The notes below the pieces were generated by a model. It ran no database searches, was not told the origin of the DNA, and was given only the letters and a program-made list of their open reading frames with translations. Positions 14,597 to 22,010 of a DNA stretch of 64,000 nt are shown piece after piece. The position numbers and the translations under genes were made by a program. Position 1 is the first letter of the stretch. Each line of letters starts with the position of its first letter. Source of the stretch: an uncultured Chitinophagales bacterium (GTDB lineage Bacteria; Bacteroidota; Rhodothermia; Balneolales; HLUCCA01); contig CAYYPL010000005.1 in assembly GCA_964473555.1 (NCBI GenBank), positions 43,977 through 107,976 of the forward strand, read 5' to 3'.

Positions 14597-17005
14597 ATGA
14601 ACAAAGCATTTCCATATTTAGTAATCGGTTTTGTATGGTTGTTGATAGTAAATTTAATCGATCACACTGGTGAGTTTCCACTGATTGATGACTGGGCGTA
14701 TGCACATGGAGTGAAGGACTTTTTAGACGATGGGCTGCTGAAGATCTCCGATTGGGTAGCCATGACCCAGGTAGCTCACTTGTTCATGGGTGTAGCATGG
14801 GTGAAGGTGTTTGGATTCTCGCTGGAACATCTACGCGAGATGACCCTGTTGATCAGTTTTTTGGGATCCTTTGTATTCTACTGGCTAACCGGCTATTTCT
14901 CGACGCGTGTCACACACCGGCTTGTCGGGACCCTCATCATCACAGTGAATCCGATCTGGATGTATCTGAGTCATACGTTTATGACGGATGTGCCTTTTAC
15001 AACCTTATTCTTGGCTCTAATACTCATTTTAATCAAAATTGTATACCCTAAAAAAGAGTACTTAGCGCACAAAGCACAGGAAGTTCAGGAAGATCAGAGA
15101 GTACACAGCGCACAGGGCGCAGAACACAGTAAAGAGGTAGACGAGGGAAGAGGGATGAGGGATGAGAAAGAGCAGAGGCCAACGGGCGAGCGGGCAAGCG
15201 GGCAAGCAGAAGGGCTGTTTACTGGTTACCGTTTACCGTTTACAGATAACCGCTCACCGCTACTTCCCACTTCCTACTTCCTTCTACCATTGATTCTGGT
15301 ATTGAGCTCCATACTTGTTCTAATCCGCCAGACCGGACTGGGACTCGGATTTTCCTTCCTGCTGTGGGTCTTGTTGATGGACAGAGATCGGAGAGGCAGG
15401 TTTTGGGGTTTGGCGTTGGCGCTGGTGGGGGTTCAGGTGTCAACTTTGATTGGATACGAGTGGTTTATGGCCTCGATTGACGCCTTGTCGACCCGGTATC
15501 ACGGTGCCTCGAGTCTGAGCTGGATCCTGGGTCGGCCATGGTGGGTGGTCCGGGCTGCATATTACGTGCTGATCCAGTTGCAGTATCTGGGTATGTTCCT
15601 GCTTCCGTTATTACCGTTTGTGTGGATGAAGTGGAGGTCGGTGGGGGCAGGGAACTATTCCCGCTGGGCGTATATGGCGGCAGGTGTGGTGGTGTTGGGT
15701 ATGGGCGTTGCTGTGGGAGGGGATATACTGATGAATCCACGCTACACTCATTTGATGCAATACGATACCGTTGGACATGTCATGACGATCGACTTCACTT
15801 ATGAAAGGCTGGAGTTTAGTCGGAATTTGTATCCACTTTGGGTGGTTTTGCATGGGTTGGGACTGGTGAATGTGTTTATGATAGTGGTAGTGGGGAGTAG
15901 GAAGTGGGGAGTAGTAGCACGCAGTTCACCGTTCACAGTACACAGTGAAGGAATAGACGAGGGACGAGGGATGAGGGATGAGGGAGATAAGAGGCTAGCG
16001 GGCAAGCAGGCTAGTGGGCTAGCAGAAAGACAGAAAACAGTAAACAGTAAACGGATAACAGAAGGCCATTTTAGTGCAGAAGGGTCAGAAAGTACAGATC
16101 GTGCAGGGGGCAGAGATGGGGGATTCATGGGCCGTTTACCCTTTTCTGTTTACCGTTTACTGAAAACACAACGTGCGTTTGATCATCCCGTAACCTGGAT
16201 TATCCTTATTCTGGCTGGTTACACCGTTTTTATTTCCATCGGACAGTTCGTTTTTGACCGATATCTGATACTGCATTTACCTTTGTTCGTTCTACTGGTT
16301 TTGCATCTTGTACAAAGTTCACAAGTTCACTTCACGAAAACAGTAAACAGTAAACGGACAACGGAAGGTGAGCAAGCAGGCAAGCGGGAAAGCGGGATAA
16401 CGATAGTGTACAGTTCACTGGGCACAGATCGCAGTAGGGATGCTGACGAGGGACGAGGGACGAGGGATGAGCGGGTGAGGGGGCAAGCAGAGTTGGCGCA
16501 CAAAGATCAGGAAGATCAGGAAGATCAGGAAGTGCAGGAGACAGAAGAGAGTGCAGGGGCAAGGGATCAGAGTGCAGGGGCAAGGGAGCAGAGGTTAGAG
16601 AATGAAGTAGATGGGCCGTTTACCGTTTACCGTTTGCCGTTTACTCATTCTCTTATCCCTAATCCCTTATCCCTTATCTTTCTAACGCTATCACTCCTAT
16701 TCTCAATCACTGGCGTGCACGACAGCTTCAAATGGAATCGGGTTCGGTTCGGGGCTATCGAACAACTTGAGGCCCAAGGAATCAGTCCGCATCAAATAGA
16801 CGGTGGAGCGGAATACAATTCGTGGCAACGCACCGGTCCGATTCAACCCTTACGCCTGAATGAGAAAAGCTGGTGGTATGTAGATGGGGACGATTATGCT
16901 ATTGCACACGAAGAGATCCCTGGATACAAACGCATCGCAGCGTTTCCGTTTACAAGATATTATGGGCTGGAGAGTGACACACTTTACATCGTTCAAAGAA
17001 AGTAG
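14597..17005 (+). CDS. GT-C-fold polytopic membrane glycosyltransferase (ArnT/PMT_2-like) carrying three in-frame repeat-derived insertions
   Basis: An uninterrupted 802-aa ORF with many hydrophobic helices. An acidic DD motif sits in the first loop (FPLIDDWAYAHG), as in GT-C enzymes, and there is a soluble C-terminal domain (about aa 700-802). Three charged low-complexity loops are encoded by repeat blocks at 15065..15288, 15884..16160 and 16337..16678. The family call is by pattern only. Confidence 0.65.
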   Translation: MNKAFPYLVIGFVWLLIVNLIDHTGEFPLIDDWAYAHGVKDFLDDGLLKISDWVAMTQVAHLFMGVAWVKVFGFSLEHLREMTLLISFLGSFVFYWLTGYFSTRVTHRLVGTLIITVNPIWMYLSHTFMTDVPFTTLFLALILILIKIVYPKKEYLAHKAQEVQEDQRVHSAQGAEHSKEVDEGRGMRDEKEQRPTGERASGQAEGLFTGYRLPFTDNRSPLLPTSYFLLPLILVLSSILVLIRQTGLGLGFSFLLWVLLMDRDRRGRFWGLALALVGVQVSTLIGYEWFMASIDALSTRYHGASSLSWILGRPWWVVRAAYYVLIQLQYLGMFLLPLLPFVWMKWRSVGAGNYSRWAYMAAGVVVLGMGVAVGGDILMNPRYTHLMQYDTVGHVMTIDFTYERLEFSRNLYPLWVVLHGLGLVNVFMIVVVGSRKWGVVARSSPFTVHSEGIDEGRGMRDEGDKRLAGKQASGLAERQKTVNSKRITEGHFSAEGSESTDRAGGRDGGFMGRLPFSVYRLLKTQRAFDHPVTWIILILAGYTVFISIGQFVFDRYLILHLPLFVLLVLHLVQSSQVHFTKTVNSKRTTEGEQAGKRESGITIVYSSLGTDRSRDADEGRGTRDERVRGQAELAHKDQEDQEDQEVQETEESAGARDQSAGAREQRLENEVDGPFTVYRLPFTHSLIPNPLSLIFLTLSLLFSITGVHDSFKWNRVRFGAIEQLEAQGISPHQIDGGAEYNSWQRTGPIQPLRLNEKSWWYVDGDDYAIAHEEIPGYKRIAAFPFTRYYGLESDTLYIVQRK
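15065..15288. repeat. Intragenic repeat block 1 (CACAG / GACGAGGGA-GGGATGA / GCGGGCAA / CCGTTTA / CTACTTCC modules)
   Basis: 15065..15130 holds CACAG-type units. 15137..15166 is GTAGACGAGGGAAGAGGGATGAGGGATGAG. 15185..15209 is GGCGAGCGGGCAAGCGGGCAAGCAG. 15215..15243 is CTGTTTACTGGTTACCGTTTACCGTTTAC. 15260..15288 is CTACTTCCCACTTCCTACTTCCTTCTACC. The block translates in frame as ..AHKAQEVQEDQRVHSAQGAEHSKEVDEGRGMRDEKEQRPTGERASGQAEGLFTGYRLPFTDNRSPLLPTSYFLLP. Confidence 0.85.
15884..16160. repeat. Intragenic repeat block 2 (GGGAGT-GGAAGT / CACAG / GACGAGGGA-GGGATGA / GCGGGCAA / GTAAACA ... CCGTTTA modules)
   Basis: 15884..15917 is GTGGTAGTGGGGAGTAGGAAGTGGGGAGTAGTAG. 15917..15947 holds CACAG-type units. 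15953..15985 is ATAGACGAGGGACGAGGGATGAGGGATGAGGGA. 15992..16024 is GGCTAGCGGGCAAGCAGGCTAGTGGGCTAGCAG. 16034..16054 is AAAACAGTAAACAGTAAACGG. 16132..16160 is CCGTTTACCCTTTTCTGTTTACCGTTTAC. The block translates in frame as ..GSRKWGVVARSSPFTVHSEGIDEGRGMRDEGDKRLAGKQASGLAERQKTVNSKRITEG...GRLPFSVYRLL. Confidence 0.85.
16337..16678. repeat. Intragenic repeat block 3 (GTAAACA / GCAAGCGGG / CACAG / GACGAGGGA / 9-mer x3 / 21-mer x2 / CCGTTTA / CTTATCCC modules)
   Basis: 16337..16357 is AAAACAGTAAACAGTAAACGG. 16367..16396 is the GCAAGC/GCGGG arm. 16442..16490 is GCTGACGAGGGACGAGGGACGAGGGATGAGCGGGTGAGGGGGCAAGCAG. 16505..16533 is GATCAGGAA x3, encoding DQEDQEDQE. 16548..16589 is a 21-nt unit AGAGTGCAGGGGCAAGGGAKC x2. 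16616..16644 is CCGTTTACCGTTTACCGTTTGCCGTTTAC. 16644..16678 is CTCATTCTCTTATCCCTAATCCCTTATCCCTTATC. The frame stays open throughout. Confidence 0.85.
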
Positions 17006-17008
17006 TAA

Positions 17009-17289
17009 GTGCACAGTGCACAGTACGCAGAGCACAGTGCCACAGAACGCAGTGCACAGTGCACAGTACGCAGAACGCAGAGCACAGTGCACAGTACGCA
17101 GAGCACAGTGCACAGTACGCAGAGCACAGTGCCACAGAACGCAGTGCACAGAGCACAGTACGCAGTACGCAGAGCACAGTACGCAGTACGCAGAGCACAG
17201 TACGCAGTACGCAGAGCACAGAGCACAGACCACCGTTTTCTGTATACCGTTTTCTGTATACCGTTTTCCGTTTACCGTTTTCTGTTTAC
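17009..17289. repeat. Long CACAG-type heptad array (about 30 units) followed by CCGTTTTCTGT units
   Basis: 17009..17228 is tandem GCACAGT / ACGCAGA / GCACAGA / ACGCAGT units (consensus RCRCAGW), starting 4 nt after the stop of the GT-C gene. 17233..17289 is CCGTTTTCTGTATA x2, then CCGTTTTCCGTTTACCGTTTTCTGTTTAC. The stop codon of the convergent GT2 gene (17286..17288) lies in the last unit. Six track ORFs, one per frame, run through it. Confidence 0.9.
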
Positions 17290-18023
17290 TTCAGTATGAA
17301 ATACTTCAGAATCCCCCATTTGTGGAGACGGAAGCGAAGGGAAGTATGGAGCACTCCGAATCCGTAGGTGACCGACCGACGAAAACTGATGGAGGAGGCT
17401 TCTTCAAAGTAGCGCGTCGGACAACTGATCTCCCCAAATCGTGCTCCTTTATGGTGCAACTGGATCAATATCTGATTATCAAATACAAAATCATCGCTGT
17501 TTACCATCCATTTCCTGTCTTCCAGGATCTCGCGGCTGAACGCACGGTAACCCGTATGATACTCACTGAGTTTTTGTCCAATAAGGATGTTCTGCAGTAA
17601 AGTGAGTATCCGATTCGCCACATACTTGTATCTTGGCATGCCCCCTTTCAGGGCGCCCATCCCCAGAATTCGGGATCCCAATACCACATCATATACGCCG
17701 GATGTGATCATCGCAGCCATCGCTGTGGTGAGTTTCGGATCATACTGGTAGTCGGGATGTAACATGATGATGACATCGGCACCCGTGTCAAGCGCTACCT
17801 GGTAACAGGTTTTCTGATTGCCTCCATAACCCTGATTGGACTCGTGACGGACACAAATGAGTCCGAGTTTATTGGCCAATTCAAAGGTGTTGTCTTTGCT
17901 GAAATCATCAACCAGGATAATCTCATCTACGAAGCCGGAAGGAATGTCGGCTATGGTGCGTTCCAGAGTTTTTCCTGCATTATAGGCCGGAAGTACAATT
18001 GCGATTTTTTTGTTGTTTAACAT
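17286..18023 (-). CDS. Family 2 glycosyltransferase (polyprenyl-phosphate sugar synthase type, DPM1/ArnC-like)
   Basis: 245 aa. The N-terminus is KIAIVLPAYNAGKTLERTI...VDDFSKDNT (GT-A fold with DxD-type acidic motif). It also has ..DVIIMLHPDYQYDP.. and a size typical of the DPM1/ArnC subgroup. Confidence 0.85.
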   Translation of the reverse strand: MLNNKKIAIVLPAYNAGKTLERTIADIPSGFVDEIILVDDFSKDNTFELANKLGLICVRHESNQGYGGNQKTCYQVALDTGADVIIMLHPDYQYDPKLTTAMAAMITSGVYDVVLGSRILGMGALKGGMPRYKYVANRILTLLQNILIGQKLSEYHTGYRAFSREILEDRKWMVNSDDFVFDNQILIQLHHKGARFGEISCPTRYFEEASSISFRRSVTYGFGVLHTSLRFRLHKWGILKYFILK

Positions 18024-18058
18024 GACCGTAGATTCGGAATTCCTGACGATGATTAAGC

Positions 18059-18763
18059 TTATTGAGCAGATTTTGGGTGGGATTGAACACCATTGCCTTC
18101 AAATGGGGACATCGTTACATGACCATCCTGGCTGATTCCGTCTCGCCTGACAACTTTCGATACGGTCCTGAATAGAATGCCTGCATCCATCCAGAAACTG
18201 AGATTTTTGACATAATATACATCGAGTTCAAATCGGGTCGGCCAGTCAATCGAATTTCGTCCGCTAACTTGCGACAGCCCGGTAATGCCCGGACGAACGC
18301 CATGTCTGAGTCGCTGAAAATCGTTGTACAACGGCACGTATTCCATGAGCAAAGGACGCGGTCCGATCAGGCTCATTTCACCTCGAAGTACGTTCAAAAG
18401 CTGTGGGATTTCATCCAGGGAAAGACCTCGAATCAGGGCCCCAACACGGGTCAGACGAGCCTCGTCCGGAAGATATCTACCCTGTTCATCCTTAGCATCG
18501 TTCATGGTTTTGAACTTGATCAGCGAGAATGGTTTTTCGTGAAGTCCCGGACGTTTTTGCACAAAAAAAGGAGTTCCGCGGTTATTTAATGCTAAAATCA
18601 CTGCCAGAACTACGAAAACTGGCAAAAGTACCACGAATCCGATGAGTGCAAGTACAAAATCGATACCATGCTTGACCTTTGGATATACCCCTGATGGAGC
18701 CTGAGAGCGATAAAACTCACTGTTTCTGGTTGTTGATGTATGATTTTGTCCGGACAATGACAT
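18059..18763 (-). CDS. Polyprenyl-phosphate sugar-phosphate transferase (bacterial sugar transferase family, WbaP/PglC-like initiating enzyme)
   Basis: 234 aa with one N-terminal reentrant/TM helix (FVLALIGFVVLLPVFVVLAVILAL). Conserved motifs are PFFVQKRPGLHEKPFSLIKFKTM and SLIGPRPLL...RPGITGLSQVSGRN. Confidence 0.9.
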   Translation of the reverse strand: MSLSGQNHTSTTRNSEFYRSQAPSGVYPKVKHGIDFVLALIGFVVLLPVFVVLAVILALNNRGTPFFVQKRPGLHEKPFSLIKFKTMNDAKDEQGRYLPDEARLTRVGALIRGLSLDEIPQLLNVLRGEMSLIGPRPLLMEYVPLYNDFQRLRHGVRPGITGLSQVSGRNSIDWPTRFELDVYYVKNLSFWMDAGILFRTVSKVVRRDGISQDGHVTMSPFEGNGVQSHPKSAQ

Positions 18764-18804
18764 TTCTTATGAACTGTAGATCAAATATCTGTTAACTTTA
18801 TCAC

Positions 18805-20289
18805 ATGGTTGATTTGATGTACAAATATAAGCATTTACTGTTTACAATTATCTTGTTACGGTTTTTGGCAACTTGGTATGTGTTTCCCCATACCGATCGC
18901 CTTTATAACGGTGACTCACTGCTGTACGAACAGTATGCCATCTCAATGCTGGAAACAGGTGAGTACCTGTCGCCGGGCTATGGTAAATGGGAACATCTGT
19001 CCGATGAAAACGCCGGAACCATATCGTATGATCCGTTTGCCGATATGATTCGTCCGCCCGGCCTGCCCATGGTTTTGTGGATGGTGTACGGACTGGCAGG
19101 TCCAGACTGGGGACCTTGGGTGTTTTCGGTTTTGAATGGACTCTTAAGCGTACCTGTTTTGATCATTATCCTTGCTTTTTTTCGCCTTTTCGGGCTGGAA
19201 AAGTATGCACCGGTGTGCTGGCTTTTTGTTCTTGATCCTGGGTGGATCTTATATTCGAAGGAGATTCTGACCGAACCGATTTTTGTGCTGATACTGCTAT
19301 CTGCCTTGTACTTCGGAATTCTGGGTCTCACCCGTCTGTTCTCAGAGCATCTTCCAGGGGACTCATCGTTCACGAAACTGGAACACGTGCCTCCTGCACA
19401 CCTACTTGGTTACTCCGGATTGCTATTCGGCCTCGCGACCCTGTTTAAGCCCATCACATTGTATGTTGGCCTTGCCGGAGCCCTGCTTTTTATCCTATTG
19501 ATTGGTATTCATCGTGCAGACTTCCGGGTTTCAGGACGCTGGGACATCGCCCTGCTCAGATACGTAGTGTCGGTGATGCTGCTGTTCAGTGTTTCCGTTC
19601 AAACCGTTCATTTCAGCTGGCAAATGAGGAATTTTATGCGTCACGGGACATTCGCATTCACCTCCATCCAGGCCGAAAATCTGCTGACTGGTCATGCCGC
19701 TTTTGTCGTATCGTCTGCCGAAGGCATTACTCACCTCGAAGCCCAACAACGCATTCTTGATGACTTCAACCGGCAGCATCCAAATCATGGGGTGTACCCC
19801 TTCGAGCGGTTGTCGAAGGCAAAATCCGACATGGCACGTGCCTACATCAGGGAGCATCCGGGACATTATATTGCAGGTATTTTCAGGGGTATGGCCGTTA
19901 CTATGATGGATCCCGGCAGACTGGTCTTGAGCCGGACCCTGGGTCAACAAGAGATCTCGTCTATTGGATTAACGAATCAACTTGCCAGAGACGGTATCCT
20001 GGGTACGCTACAAACATTGTTCAGGGAGTATCCCGCATACTCCATCTTCATGACGCTACACCTGATGTGGCTGGGTTTCATTCTGATGCTCGCTGGTTGG
20101 GGATTTTGGTCCTTTTTACGCCGGTTCCCAGTCGCAGCCCTCACAATGGGACTACTCTTTTTGTATCTCTGGGGTCTCGGCGGACCATCCGGCTACGCCC
20201 GATTCAGGCTCTATTTGTTGCCTATGATGGTCATTTTTGCAGCATTTAGCCCGATTGTGGATCGCTTTACCAACCGTCGCGCCCAATAA
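18805..20289 (+). CDS. Polytopic membrane protein, probable second GT-C-type glycosyltransferase (PMT_2/ArnT-like)
   Basis: 494 aa with more than 10 hydrophobic helices. The first-loop acidic/aromatic segment is RLYNGDSLLYEQYA. It is divergent from the GT2/phosphotransferase pair. The family call is tentative. Confidence 0.55.
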   Translation: MVDLMYKYKHLLFTIILLRFLATWYVFPHTDRLYNGDSLLYEQYAISMLETGEYLSPGYGKWEHLSDENAGTISYDPFADMIRPPGLPMVLWMVYGLAGPDWGPWVFSVLNGLLSVPVLIIILAFFRLFGLEKYAPVCWLFVLDPGWILYSKEILTEPIFVLILLSALYFGILGLTRLFSEHLPGDSSFTKLEHVPPAHLLGYSGLLFGLATLFKPITLYVGLAGALLFILLIGIHRADFRVSGRWDIALLRYVVSVMLLFSVSVQTVHFSWQMRNFMRHGTFAFTSIQAENLLTGHAAFVVSSAEGITHLEAQQRILDDFNRQHPNHGVYPFERLSKAKSDMARAYIREHPGHYIAGIFRGMAVTMMDPGRLVLSRTLGQQEISSIGLTNQLARDGILGTLQTLFREYPAYSIFMTLHLMWLGFILMLAGWGFWSFLRRFPVAALTMGLLFLYLWGLGGPSGYARFRLYLLPMMVIFAAFSPIVDRFTNRRAQ

Positions 20290-20908
20290 GTGGTACAAAC
20301 TTGAATCCACCAAAAACCTGTTCGTCGTATGCTGTATCACTGACCCGAATAATTAGATGCATCTGCTGGCTGACAGAATCGCCAACTGGAATTACCAGTC
20401 GGCCTCCAATTTTGAGCTGTCGTATCAGCTCCTGCGGAATCACAGGTGCACCCGCTGTGACTACAATCCCATCGAACGGTGCGTACGCGTTCCATCCAAG
20501 TGTACCATCATCACATTTTAGCGTTGGACGATAGCCTAGCTCGCGCAGGTGGTCCCGGGAACGTTGATATAACTCGTCGTGACGCTCAATGCTGTACACT
20601 TCTGCGCCGAGTTCACATAAAATCGCGCACTGATAACCCGATCCGGTACCAATCTCCAGGATTTTTTGTCCACGCTTCACATCAAGGAGTTCAGTTTGTC
20701 TGGCAACGGTATAGGGTTGTGAAATGGTCTGCTGAAGCCCGATCGGCAAGGCAATGTCTTCGTAGGCGCGGATCCATAATGCCGAATCAACGAACGTATG
20801 CCGCGGAACAGTCCGAATAGCCCGAAGAATATTTTCGTCCTTTATCCCTTTACCAGACAATACGCTGGCCAGTTCTTCGCGTTGTTTTAAATAACGACCT
20901 GTATTCAT
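20267..20908 (-). CDS. pcm: Protein-L-isoaspartate O-methyltransferase
   Basis: The track ORF is 20267..20968. The likely start is ATG 20908 (MNTGRYLKQREELA...), giving about 213 aa. SAM motif ILEIGTGSGYQCAILCELG, plus VPRHTFVD and TISQPYTVA, which are typical of Pcm. The 3' end overlaps the convergent gene by 23 nt. Confidence 0.9.
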   Translation of the reverse strand: MNTGRYLKQREELASVLSGKGIKDENILRAIRTVPRHTFVDSALWIRAYEDIALPIGLQQTISQPYTVARQTELLDVKRGQKILEIGTGSGYQCAILCELGAEVYSIERHDELYQRSRDHLRELGYRPTLKCDDGTLGWNAYAPFDGIVVTAGAPVIPQELIRQLKIGGRLVIPVGDSVSQQMHLIIRVSDTAYDEQVFGGFKFVPLIGRDGW

Positions 20909-21042
20909 AGAGACCAAGTTACAGAATTTCATCCCATAATCTGAAATTTCTCGTTTATAAGTCGACATAAATTGTTATGTTTTACACGGCTGATTGACCT
21001 ATTTTTGATTCAGAACGTACTCTTACTTAATTCACAGGTATT

Positions 21043-22005
21043 ATGTTAAAACTCAACAGAATTTTAGTCGCCACCGATTTCTCACCCGCATCACAGAACT
21101 CCTATCCCTTTGCTGTAGCACTGAGCAGGAAATACGGTGGTCACATCGATATGCTGCACGCCATTCCGATGTTCAAGTACCTCAACGAAAGCGTGAATCG
21201 TCTGGGTCTGCCCTTTGATATGGATAAGGACGTATATCCACACCTGATCACCGAGTCAGAGTCTCGCTTGAAGTCGGAAATGACCACGAATATCCCCGAG
21301 GAGATGCGAGGTGAAACCGTTGCCCGGGTGGAACTCAAGCCCTCTGAGTGCATCATTGCCGAGGCTGCCAAGCGAAAAGTAGATCTGATCGTGATGGGTT
21401 CTACGGGTGCCAGCGGCCGCGATATCCTATGGGGATCAACTACTGAAAAAGTCGTACGAGGATCCAAAATTCCGGTTTTGTCAATCCCGCTGGGCTTCGA
21501 ACCCAAAGAAATCAATCGCATTCTGGTGCCTACCGACTATTCCGAACTATCATTTAATTCCCTCCGGGGAGCTGCATCTCTGGCTGACTCATTGTCAGCT
21601 GAAATCACGTTATTCCACGTTGTCGAATTGCACGGATCCCTGTCGGAAAATGAACCCCACGAGGCCGGTAAAGGTGAAATAGAGTCAATCAAAGAAAAAC
21701 TGGTCAAACGCGTCGATAGCTGGATGCAGAAGTTTCCTGAGTTCCAGTTGTCTCTAAAACGAACCGACGATAGACTCTTCCTCGGATCCAAGCGATTTGG
21801 AACAGAAAAAACGGTCAAAATGAATGTGGTGGTCACTAAAGGAATCTCGGCTCACTACGAAATCGCCGATTACGCCAGCGATAACGCTGACATGATCGTC
21901 TTGACCACTCATGGTCGTTCCGGACTAAGTCATCTGTTCCTTGGTTCCACCACCGAAAAAGTTGTCCAGGCTACCAATAAACCCACATTGACCTGGAGAC
22001 CATAA
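21043..22005 (+). CDS. Universal stress protein, tandem UspA domains
   Basis: 320 aa with two Usp repeats. Each begins ILV(A/P)TD(F/Y)S and ends with the ATP-binding-type G-(S/R)-x-G...GS(T)TEKVV motif (MGSTGASGRD..GSTTEKVVRGS and THGRSGLSHLFLGSTTEKVVQ). Confidence 0.85.
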   Translation: MLKLNRILVATDFSPASQNSYPFAVALSRKYGGHIDMLHAIPMFKYLNESVNRLGLPFDMDKDVYPHLITESESRLKSEMTTNIPEEMRGETVARVELKPSECIIAEAAKRKVDLIVMGSTGASGRDILWGSTTEKVVRGSKIPVLSIPLGFEPKEINRILVPTDYSELSFNSLRGAASLADSLSAEITLFHVVELHGSLSENEPHEAGKGEIESIKEKLVKRVDSWMQKFPEFQLSLKRTDDRLFLGSKRFGTEKTVKMNVVVTKGISAHYEIADYASDNADMIVLTTHGRSGLSHLFLGSTTEKVVQATNKPTLTWRP

Positions 22006-22010
22006 CCCGT

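Noticed and set aside
17009-17228. CRISPR array
   Set aside because: The period is 7 nt with no unique spacers and no repeat of 25-40 nt. There are no cas genes in the window. The same applies to 7476..7566 and 59035..59093.
16850-17600. Six overlapping ORFs across 16850..17600 as genes
   Set aside because: All six exist only because the CACAG heptad array lacks stop codons in every frame. The parts outside the array are shadows of the GT-C gene or of the minus-strand GT2 gene 17286..18023.
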